DNA of 59,165 bases from a virus. The notes under the pieces were generated by a model that saw only the letters and a list, made by a program, of their open reading frames with translations, did not search any database and was not told the DNA's origin. Below are positions 15,413 through 22,472 of the stretch, in pieces. The translations under genes and the position numbers were made by a program. Position 1 is the stretch's first letter, and every line of letters starts with the position of its first letter. The DNA lies in the IMG/VR virus record IMGVR_UViG_3300046838_000032, positions 1-59,165 of that record; one strand, written 5' to 3'.

Positions 15413-17791
15413 CTAGTCAGCCGCCAGCGACGGCTGTTCTAGTGCAGGACGAGTTTCCAGAACATCTTGATCGCGATCAAGCCGATGATCACCGTCCCGA
15501 CCGAGGACGCCGGCAATTGCGCTAACCACAGGATCACCGCTAGTGGCGTCACGTGTTCCATCAACAGCACTGTACTCCTCGATTGGTCCGGCGTCATCTT
15601 CCACGCCGTCCGTGTTTGCCATCTGGTATTCGTCCGGCGAATGCTCCACCTCGAACACGATGCGCGTGAGTCCCGCCTCGAGCATCGCTTGCCCCACGCC
15701 GAGCCGCGAGATGATCTCGACTTGCTCATCCGTCCAGCGCAATCGTTTCTGTACATCCGATATCTCCGAGGATGCCTGCATACCGAAGAATTTCGTCCCG
15801 CACAGAGATTGCACGGTCGCGCCGAGACTCGATGAAAGCGCATCCATCGGCCGTTGCGTCATAAAGAAACTGGCGATCTGCAAATGTCGGCCGCGGCGAA
15901 CCATATCCTCAACCTCTGACTCGGCCTCGTGGTCACCGATGACCGACCACATCTCATCGACAATCACCACGCGGCGCGTTCGCCACTTCGCTGCGCGTTT
16001 GAAGATCGCACGCTTGAACGCCACGGTCGCACGGCACCGCTGCTCAGTGTTCAGTTCCGCAAGGTTGAATGCGATTACCGGTGGGCACGCCCGACCGGCC
16101 GCGACATCGACAAACACTGTCGCCATGTCGTGCTCGTATGTGTCGCGGCGGATCTTCCGCACCTCGCCACCGCAGTAGGTAGCCCACCGACCGTACTCGC
16201 CGTTCTGGTCTTCCTCTGCCTGGTCAATGGCGAACATCTCGGTTGCCAGTCCGGCGAAGAACATGCGCGACGTCAATACCTTGACGGAGAAGCCTTTACC
16301 GGCGCCGCTGGTAGCGTAGATCGCGACGTTCGGATTCGGGATCATTGGCTTTGCCCAGGGTGACCACATCACGACGCGCTTCCCGTACAGACTGCGGCCC
16401 CACGGCACGCCACCCTTGAGCCCGAGTTCGGATGCTGACCACAAGTACGCGCGCGAGACTGACGACGTGTCAACACGGTGAGAGCGCGCGAGCAATCGAT
16501 GCTCAAGCACGCCGGCCGTCAACTGCTGCGCGTCGGCTTGTTCCCATCGTAGCGGCGCCGCGATCGCGCCAGATTCTTCGACGATCTTTTCTACGGCACG
16601 CCCGGCGGCCACCGCTTCATTGCGCGTCTTGCCATGAGCCTGAAGGTAGATCGCGACTTCGAACACATGCTCGGAGTTCGTCTCGAGCGCGTCGAGCATC
16701 CCGTCGACCTGCTTGATAGCCAGCTTCCGTTGCCTTGTCTGCTTCGTTGTCTCCATCTTGAATAACTGATCGCGCAGCGACTTCTGTACGGCAGCCGTGT
16801 CTTGCTTACGAATGAACTGGTGTACATCGATAGCCGACTCACCATCAGACAACGATGCGAGGAAATCGACGGGTACCGACGCCGGCCACTTCTGGTAGGC
16901 GTACGTAGCGTGCCAGGTGCCATCGACACCGATAGCGTCAGACTCGATATGCATGACACGTGGGCCGATGTGCTTGCGCGCATCCGCGTGCGACCAGCCG
17001 CGTTGTAGAGCCTCTATGAGCCGCTCGTCCGACAACCGCTCGCTCCGTAAACTCGCGCGCTGTAGCGCAGCATCCACGGCCGCGGCGTAGCGCTCGAGTG
17101 TCGTGTCATCCGATGCGCGGATCGCAATGAACCGCTGTCGCTGCATAACGCGCGCAGCGGCGAACTTTGCGCCAAGCCATTGCGCCGTCAACAATCCTGC
17201 AGGATTCGCATGCTTCCGCATCGCGCCGAGTATGTCGGTGAGGTCAACCGGCGTCGCGCGTACGAACGTTTGAATCGGACACGGGATACCGTCGAGGAAT
17301 GCCGCCCAGCGCGCTCGCTCAGCCTCGCGAGCTGCATCTGACGCCAGGCGTAGCGATACCGCAGGCACGCTCCACATCGCCACACTCTGACCGTGGACGT
17401 GCGCGACATCGGTCGATACGGCTGGTGAGCCGATAAACGCATAGGCATCCGCGCCGGCGTACATGCGAGGCCGCGCGCGGAAGTGAAAGAACGCGACCGC
17501 GCCATGTTCCACCGGAGGCTCGAATGGCAGCGCAACGATGAGCGCCGCGATTAGGACGAGCGCTGCGCCGATGACTGGCACGAGCGGTAATGCACCGGCT
17601 GCCGTTCCCTCGCCAATAGCCGGCACTGTATCGCGCACCATATCGAAGAGTGATGGCCCAACCGGCGGCAGACTGACCGCGACGGCCGCCGCCACGAGCA
17701 CGCCGCCACAAAGGACAACACCCTGGCGGATCGTCCAGTTGTCGATGCCGTCAGGGGTGTCGAGGTGCGTGGGAACTGTGTGGCGGCTCAT
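15413..17791 (-). CDS. PrgI/VirB3-like membrane N-terminus fused to a VirB4/TrsE-type conjugation ATPase
   Basis: 792 aa. The N-terminus reads LDTPDGIDNWTIRQGVV followed by TM helices. Walker A is IYATSGAGKGFS and Walker B is RVVIVDEMWS. The overall layout is typical of monoderm VirB4 proteins. Confidence 0.78.
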   Translation of the reverse strand: MSRHTVPTHLDTPDGIDNWTIRQGVVLCGGVLVAAAVAVSLPPVGPSLFDMVRDTVPAIGEGTAAGALPLVPVIGAALVLIAALIVALPFEPPVEHGAVAFFHFRARPRMYAGADAYAFIGSPAVSTDVAHVHGQSVAMWSVPAVSLRLASDAAREAERARWAAFLDGIPCPIQTFVRATPVDLTDILGAMRKHANPAGLLTAQWLGAKFAAARVMQRQRFIAIRASDDTTLERYAAAVDAALQRASLRSERLSDERLIEALQRGWSHADARKHIGPRVMHIESDAIGVDGTWHATYAYQKWPASVPVDFLASLSDGESAIDVHQFIRKQDTAAVQKSLRDQLFKMETTKQTRQRKLAIKQVDGMLDALETNSEHVFEVAIYLQAHGKTRNEAVAAGRAVEKIVEESGAIAAPLRWEQADAQQLTAGVLEHRLLARSHRVDTSSVSRAYLWSASELGLKGGVPWGRSLYGKRVVMWSPWAKPMIPNPNVAIYATSGAGKGFSVKVLTSRMFFAGLATEMFAIDQAEEDQNGEYGRWATYCGGEVRKIRRDTYEHDMATVFVDVAAGRACPPVIAFNLAELNTEQRCRATVAFKRAIFKRAAKWRTRRVVIVDEMWSVIGDHEAESEVEDMVRRGRHLQIASFFMTQRPMDALSSSLGATVQSLCGTKFFGMQASSEISDVQKRLRWTDEQVEIISRLGVGQAMLEAGLTRIVFEVEHSPDEYQMANTDGVEDDAGPIEEYSAVDGTRDATSGDPVVSAIAGVLGRDGDHRLDRDQDVLETRPALEQPSLAAD

Positions 17792-17794
17792 AGG

Positions 17795-18037
17795 CTATCC
17801 GCCGCCGCCGAGTCCTTGCTGAAAGAATCCGCCGATGACCGAGAATGAGAATAAGAACAGCGTGCCGAGAATCATGGACACGATGTACGACCGAACAAAA
17901 TGGCCGACGCCTTGGCCGCCGATATTGGTGAGCAGAATGACGCCCATGATGACCGTGACGAGTGCCATCAAGCCTGCGCCAACGTGTGAGATTTCTACGG
18001 CTAGCGCGAGAAGTTGCGAGCCGATTTGTGCGCCCAA
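17795..18037 (-). CDS. Small two-TM protein, VirB2/TrbC pilin-like candidate
   Basis: TTG 18037 lies 6 nt after AGGAGG. 80 aa with two hydrophobic helices and a Gly-rich C-terminus. It sits between the TrbL-like and VirB4-like genes. Confidence 0.45.
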   Translation of the reverse strand: MGAQIGSQLLALAVEISHVGAGLMALVTVIMGVILLTNIGGQGVGHFVRSYIVSMILGTLFLFSFSVIGGFFQQGLGGGG

Positions 18038-18048
18038 AGTGTTTCCTC

Positions 18049-18924
18049 CTAACCAACGACGATCGCCGCGGCAGCGACCGTCTGCTTGACGATTGACATG
18101 AGGCCGCCCCCTTTGATGTCGGCTCCGATGGTTGCCATGTCGTATGCGAGCAGTAAGACGCCGATGCTGAGCGCCACGCTTCCTATCGTTCCTCCCATTG
18201 TTCCGATGAGCACGGCGGCGAGCTTCAAGCACAACGCCACCATGACTTGCCCGACGAGTAGGCCAGCGTACGATCGAACCCAGTTCGACCAGTAACTATG
18301 CGCCTGCGGCACCGTCCAGCAATACGCGGCGAGCGGACCAACGCACATGAGCACGCCGAGATAGATGAGTCGGTAGCCCATGCGCACGAGCAACCGCAGC
18401 CCGAGCACGATCCACACGACGATCAGAATTGCAGTGATCCAGGGGTCGAACCCTGCGTTCTGCGGTCCTGGCATGTTCGCATCGCTGATGGCATCGCTAG
18501 CCGTGTTCGCGAGGGTGATCGACGTCGCGTAGACGAACGGCATACTCGTCGCGAAGGCGATACCGAGGAACGTGCGCGCAGACCACTCGCCGAGTTTCCA
18601 CGTCCAGCCGAAGTATTCGCGACCGATGCACGCACAACCGGCAAGCACGACGGTCAGCGCAACCACGCCAGCCGTCGCGCCACGCCAGTCGCGGTATATG
18701 TCGCTGATGCCGCCGAGGTTGTACGACAGCCCTGGCGGTGTGCGAGTAACGAAGTTGACATCCGAGTTCTGCACGCTGTTAGCGATTTGGTCCCAGAGAA
18801 CATCCCCCTTATCCGTGATGATGTGCGCGACCGCATCCGTCGCAGCCTGCATGAGTTGCGGGAACGCGTTCATGAACGCCGAGATGAGCGCCGCTGCCCA
18901 TGAGCCAGGGTCGAAGTCAGGCAC
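18049..18924 (-). CDS. Polytopic membrane protein, TrbL/VirB6-like
   Basis: About 291 aa from GTG 18924, with an 8-nt overlap onto the P60 stop. It has at least 6 hydrophobic segments. Both its position and its architecture match VirB6 analogues. Confidence 0.6.
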   Translation of the reverse strand: MPDFDPGSWAAALISAFMNAFPQLMQAATDAVAHIITDKGDVLWDQIANSVQNSDVNFVTRTPPGLSYNLGGISDIYRDWRGATAGVVALTVVLAGCACIGREYFGWTWKLGEWSARTFLGIAFATSMPFVYATSITLANTASDAISDANMPGPQNAGFDPWITAILIVVWIVLGLRLLVRMGYRLIYLGVLMCVGPLAAYCWTVPQAHSYWSNWVRSYAGLLVGQVMVALCLKLAAVLIGTMGGTIGSVALSIGVLLLAYDMATIGADIKGGGLMSIVKQTVAAAAIVVG

Positions 18925-19459
18925 CGATGCGTCCGTAGCCGACGAAATGTGCGCGCCAATATGCCGTGTTGAGGTTCTGTCGGCCGAGTGTCGGCTCAAT
19001 GGCGGACACCATCACGCCATCACCGACGTAGATCCCGACGTGGCTGATGAAGTCCGGCCGGCTGTCGTACGTTCCAAAGAAGAACACGAGGTCACCTGGT
19101 TCTGGTGCCGCGACCTTCTGCGCGACGTTGTATTGCCCCTGCGCTGTCCGCGGCAGATTCACGCCGAGCTGCGCGAAGACTGCCCTTGTGAATCCTGAGC
19201 AGTCGACTGCGCCGACGACATTGCCGCCGAATAGGTAACGCGACCCAAACCACGGGGCAATCAGCGAGTCAAGCGATGCGTTTTCTCCGAGTGCTGGCCC
19301 GATTATCGGCACCGTTGCCTCTGTCGGCACGTGGCCTGGTGGTGAACGCACCGAGCCCAGGAACGTCGCGACCACGAGCGCGAGCGGCGCAACGACCGCG
19401 ACTGATGTGGCGATCAGGATGATGACGATGCCGCCGACTAGCGAGCCGACGACTCTCAC
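18917..19459 (-). CDS. Membrane-anchored NlpC/P60 (C40) peptidoglycan hydrolase
   Basis: N-terminal TM segment. Catalytic motifs VDCSGFTRAVF and ISHVGIYVGDG. Confidence 0.85.
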   Translation of the reverse strand: MRVVGSLVGGIVIILIATSVAVVAPLALVVATFLGSVRSPPGHVPTEATVPIIGPALGENASLDSLIAPWFGSRYLFGGNVVGAVDCSGFTRAVFAQLGVNLPRTAQGQYNVAQKVAAPEPGDLVFFFGTYDSRPDFISHVGIYVGDGVMVSAIEPTLGRQNLNTAYWRAHFVGYGRIGA

Positions 19460-20322
19460 GCGGCTGCCTCAAGGTCCGCCTGTGGTTGTTCGGCCGGTGG
19501 CAGCGCAACCCAGTAAGACTCAGGCGACGGCGGTAGCGGCGGCCAAGGTGGGAGGTGGATGTTCCAACCCTGCTCTTGTGCGGCGGCGCGCTTCGGTTTT
19601 GGTGTAGGAGCAGCGGTCGGCGTCGTTGTCGGCTGCTGTGTCGGTGCCGTGGTAGCCGTGCGCGTTGCGGTGGGCACGGGCGTGTGCGTCGCAAGCATGG
19701 TCGGCGTTGCTGTGCGCGTTGGGATAGGCGTTGCGGTCGCTGTTGTCTCCGGCACGTCGGTCGGCTCGCTTGTCGGTGGCGACACGTAGACGTAGACGAT
19801 CTGCGGCTGCGCTGGTGCGGGCGCGCGTGGTGCGGTTGTCGGTTGTCGAGTCGGTGCCGGTCGCGGCGTGCTAGTCGACACCGACGTTGGCTCAGGCGTG
19901 ATCGCCGCGAGCCAGTCGAGATATGCCTGCCATTCCTCACACGAGATCGGCGTACCGTCGAGGTGGTAGATCACGTCGGTGATGGGGTTGCCGTCGTCAT
20001 CGAACTGCTGGTTGCCAGCGTCGTCGTAGACCGGCCCCGTAGCCCAGCACACCGGCTCGGGCATTGGGGATGCCGTAGGTACCGACTCATCCGAGGCACT
20101 AGAGATGAGAGGTGTGGAAGTCGGTGCCGGTGTGCTGGTGGCCGGAGCGAGCGTCGCCACGGCGAGCGGTGTAGGCGTATCGCAATACCCTGCTGGGTAA
20201 TTCGCCCCGTGCTTAGCGAGGCAGTTGGCGATCTCTTCATGTTGGTGTTGCTGCTGATAGAGCGACGGTGTCGGGTTGGTAGCAGCGAGTGTCAGTGCCA
20301 GACCGACCACGGCAGCGATCAC
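19456..20322 (-). CDS. Membrane-anchored/secreted Pro/Thr-rich protein
   Basis: 288 aa with a hydrophobic N-terminus and long PT-rich tracts around a Cys-containing domain. The stop overlaps the P60 start. Confidence 0.6.
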   Translation of the reverse strand: MIAAVVGLALTLAATNPTPSLYQQQHQHEEIANCLAKHGANYPAGYCDTPTPLAVATLAPATSTPAPTSTPLISSASDESVPTASPMPEPVCWATGPVYDDAGNQQFDDDGNPITDVIYHLDGTPISCEEWQAYLDWLAAITPEPTSVSTSTPRPAPTRQPTTAPRAPAPAQPQIVYVYVSPPTSEPTDVPETTATATPIPTRTATPTMLATHTPVPTATRTATTAPTQQPTTTPTAAPTPKPKRAAAQEQGWNIHLPPWPPLPPSPESYWVALPPAEQPQADLEAAA

Positions 20323-20357
20323 TTGCAGAAACCCACCACGGACTCACACATCGCGAA

Positions 20358-20537
20358 CTAGGCGGCTCGTGCTCGCTTCACTCGGATCGGCGTCGATGGA
20401 TCGTTGCGCGCCCGCTGCGCGCGGAGTGCCTGCTCGAGCAGGGCCGAAGCTTGCTGCTCAGCACTCCGCCATTGCTGTTCAGCGAGTTCATTGAGCGTCG
20501 GCTCGTCGGTGTCACGGATCGTAACGGTTAGGTCCAC
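20358..20537 (-). CDS. Ribbon-helix-helix-like small protein (below the ORF-track cutoff)
   Basis: 59 aa read by hand: VDLTVTIRDTDEPTLNELAEQQWRSAEQQASALLEQAL... GTG start with AGGAGG 12 nt upstream. Confidence 0.4.
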   Translation of the reverse strand: MDLTVTIRDTDEPTLNELAEQQWRSAEQQASALLEQALRAQRARNDPSTPIRVKRARAA

Positions 20538-20629
20538 TTAGCCGTTTGACCTCCTACGTAACCCAATATAGCCCATCGTTACATACGTGTCTAGACCTAT
20601 ATGTCCCTCTGTGGTACGTTGGGTAGGAT
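20538..20629. promoter_or_regulatory. AT-richer divergent control region between the RHH (-) and HTH (+) genes
   Basis: It contains TTGACC, TATAGC and TATATG hexamers, three TACGT cores, and an imperfect inverted repeat TACGTAAC / GTTACATA. Confidence 0.4.
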
Positions 20630-20809
20630 TTGGACGAGCAGTGGCTAACTGTGAGCGAGGTCGCTCAGGTCATGCGCGTCAAACCTAAGACTGTCCGACG
20701 CTGGATTAACCTCGGCACGATCAAGCGTGCGACGATGGTCAACCGGCGAGCTGGCTGGCTGATCCCGCGCTCGGAAGTCGACCGGCTATTGCTCGAGAAC
20801 CAGCGTTAG
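20630..20809 (+). CDS. Excisionase/MerR-type helix-turn-helix protein (below the ORF-track cutoff)
   Basis: Read by hand: (M)DEQWLTVSEVAQVMRVKPKTVRRWINLGTIKRATMVNRRAGWLIPRSEVDRLLLENQR. The start is TTG 20630 or GTG 20651. Confidence 0.55.
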   Translation: MDEQWLTVSEVAQVMRVKPKTVRRWINLGTIKRATMVNRRAGWLIPRSEVDRLLLENQR

Positions 20810-20938
20810 CGCAGCCCGAGTCGGCGCCGGATCATTGATCGCTCTTGGTGCGCGCGTGTCCACGGCAGTAGTGCGAGTATTCGCCAGAGCATGTCGCCCA
20901 AATGAACGTAGGCCATGCTGCAAATTGCGAGCCGTGAA

Positions 20939-20997
20939 CCCGCCGCGTCAGGGGATTCGAGCCCTTCGCTGAGGCTCGCAGGAGACGACGCGGCGGG
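20939..20997 (-). other. tRNA-like mini-structure: an 11-bp closing stem enclosing a T-arm-like hairpin
   Basis: CCCGCCGCGTC (20939-49) pairs with GACGCGGCGGG (20987-97). On the minus strand AAGGG-CTCGAAT-CCCCT abuts the 3' stem strand, as in a tRNA. The structure is too short (59 nt) to be a tRNA. Confidence 0.3.
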
Positions 20998-21102
20998 CTG
21001 GCCTGGGCTGGTGAGGCCCTGCTGGTGCTTCGATCCGGCGGAAGTGTCCCGTCACGGGCACCTCCAATGTGACACCGGCGCCTCCCCTGCTGGTGTTGAT
21101 CT

Positions 21103-22062
21103 CTACGTACTGAAGCCCGGAAGTTGTACGGGCGGCGGTGGAACGTCCTGCTCAGGCTCGGGCGTTGGTGGCATAGGTGTGGGTGTAGGTTGCTCCACAG
21201 TTGGTACAGGTGTACTCAGTTGCTCTGGCACCCCAACGCTCGCGACAGGCGTAGTAAGCGTCGGTGGCAACGTGCCAGTGGGTGCGGGCGCCAGCGTAGG
21301 CACGGATGAAGGCGTAGCTGTCATCGTGGATGTTGGTAAAGCGGCCTGAGTCGGGATTGCGCATACATCACCTGCCTTATCGCGGATATACGTCTCGCCC
21401 CATGTGAAGTTCTCCTTGTGCGGCAGCCCGCCTGGCACATCCTTGGACTGAACGGCCATAGGGACGTACTGCCCGCTGAAGTTGCCGTCCTCGTAGACGC
21501 ACAGCAGAACGAAGCGGGTATTACTGCCAGTCCCGCCACGAGATGATGTCGCCGCATTCGGTGCACTCGAGCCGCCAGATGTAGACGGCGGGGGACTCGC
21601 TATCGGCTGCGGTGAACTCGCACTCGGCGTTGGCGTCGGCACTCCCAGGATGTTTATGGACGGCGTGATAGCAACCGTCGGTGTAGTGGGTGAGGGTGAA
21701 CTCACTATGGGCGGTGTGGGCACCGCGGGGGTCGACGACGAGGGTGGACTTGTGGGCGTAGGTGGTATTGGCGTACTCGTTGGCGGGGTGCTGGTGGGCA
21801 CGCTCGTTGGGGTGAATGATGGTGGTACCTCCGTAGCCGTTGGTGGCACAGGCGTATACGTCGGCGTGTTCGTCGGGTAATGCTTCGGCGTAGGTGTCGG
21901 CGTGGGATGCAGGACGCAATAGCCGGCCTGCTCATTCTCTTGTGTGTCGGGATAGCCAGGCTGGCAGTCCCAGGCGAAAGTAACGGACGGTGCGAGCGTC
22001 CAGGCGAGTAGCAGGATCACACTCCCCAGTGCGACTGCGGCAGGTTTCACGTTCGTTAGCAT
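21103..22062 (-). CDS. Secreted Pro/Thr-rich surface protein
   Basis: 319 aa. The signal-like N-terminus reads AAVALGSVILLLAWTLAPSVTFA. Two long PT/S tracts flank a roughly 70-aa globular segment. Confidence 0.65.
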   Translation of the reverse strand: MLTNVKPAAVALGSVILLLAWTLAPSVTFAWDCQPGYPDTQENEQAGYCVLHPTPTPTPKHYPTNTPTYTPVPPTATEVPPSFTPTSVPTSTPPTSTPIPPTPTSPPSSSTPAVPTPPIVSSPSPTTPTVAITPSINILGVPTPTPSASSPQPIASPPPSTSGGSSAPNAATSSRGGTGSNTRFVLLCVYEDGNFSGQYVPMAVQSKDVPGGLPHKENFTWGETYIRDKAGDVCAIPTQAALPTSTMTATPSSVPTLAPAPTGTLPPTLTTPVASVGVPEQLSTPVPTVEQPTPTPMPPTPEPEQDVPPPPVQLPGFST

Positions 22063-22072
22063 ACATGCAGCG

Positions 22073-22086
22073 ATCTAGAAACATAC
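22073..22086. repeat. Left arm of a 14-bp perfect inverted repeat (ATCTAGAAACATAC)
   Basis: The reverse complement occurs at 22342-22355. The arms bracket the XRE gene. Confidence 0.85.
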
Positions 22087-22090
22087 CGTT

Positions 22091-22336
22091 GTGGGACTCG
22101 GACGATACCTACGGGATACGTATCATGCGCGACACGTGGTCAAGGTGCCTGGCCTACGTCAGCACCGGCTTGAGGCCGCACTGACACAGCAAGAGTTGGC
22201 GGACATGGCCGGCGTCAAACGACTCACGATCACGCGGCTAGAGAACGGAGGCGACGCCCGCCCTCCAACGGTGCGTCGCCTCGCGCGGGCACTACGTTGT
22301 GCGCCGCGTGATCTGATCAGAGCCGAGTCTAGTTGA
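22091..22336 (+). CDS. XRE-family helix-turn-helix regulator
   Basis: LTQQELADMAGVKRLTITRLENG. The true start may be GTG 22136 or 22145. Confidence 0.65.
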   Translation: MGLGRYLRDTYHARHVVKVPGLRQHRLEAALTQQELADMAGVKRLTITRLENGGDARPPTVRRLARALRCAPRDLIRAESS

Positions 22337-22341
22337 GATTT

Positions 22342-22355
22342 GTATGTTTCTAGAT
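22342..22355. repeat. Right arm of the 14-bp inverted repeat (GTATGTTTCTAGAT)
   Basis: Perfect reverse complement of 22073-22086. Confidence 0.85.
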
Positions 22356-22472
22356 ATTCCTCATGCGCCGGTCATGTCTTTAACCTTGCATTCATACCGG
22401 CTAGTGCTACCTTGCACACGGCACGGGCCTGCTTAGGCGGGTCCGATGTCAGGGACGGTGCCGTACGGGTTG

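Noticed and set aside
19269-20361. A 223-aa Arg-rich ORF (19269-19940, -) and a 268-aa ORF (19555-20361, +) overlap the PT-rich gene.
   Set aside because: These are alternative frames of a GC-rich Pro/Thr-coding tract (ACC/CCG repeats read as Arg/Gly/Cys). They have no start context, and they conflict with the coupled gene 19456-20322.
20939-20997. The T-arm-like sequence could indicate a phage tRNA gene.
   Set aside because: The structure is only 59 nt. It has no D-arm or anticodon arm, the loop reads CTCGAAT rather than TTCGAAT, and no CCA follows. It is reported only as a tRNA-like structure. No convincing tRNA was seen elsewhere by eye, though a proper scan is needed.
20915-21349. A 144-aa plus-strand ORF runs across the structured spacer into the PT-rich gene.
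   Set aside because: Most of it is antisense to the PT-rich gene 21103-22062 and translates as Gly/Cys/Val low-complexity sequence. There is no RBS.
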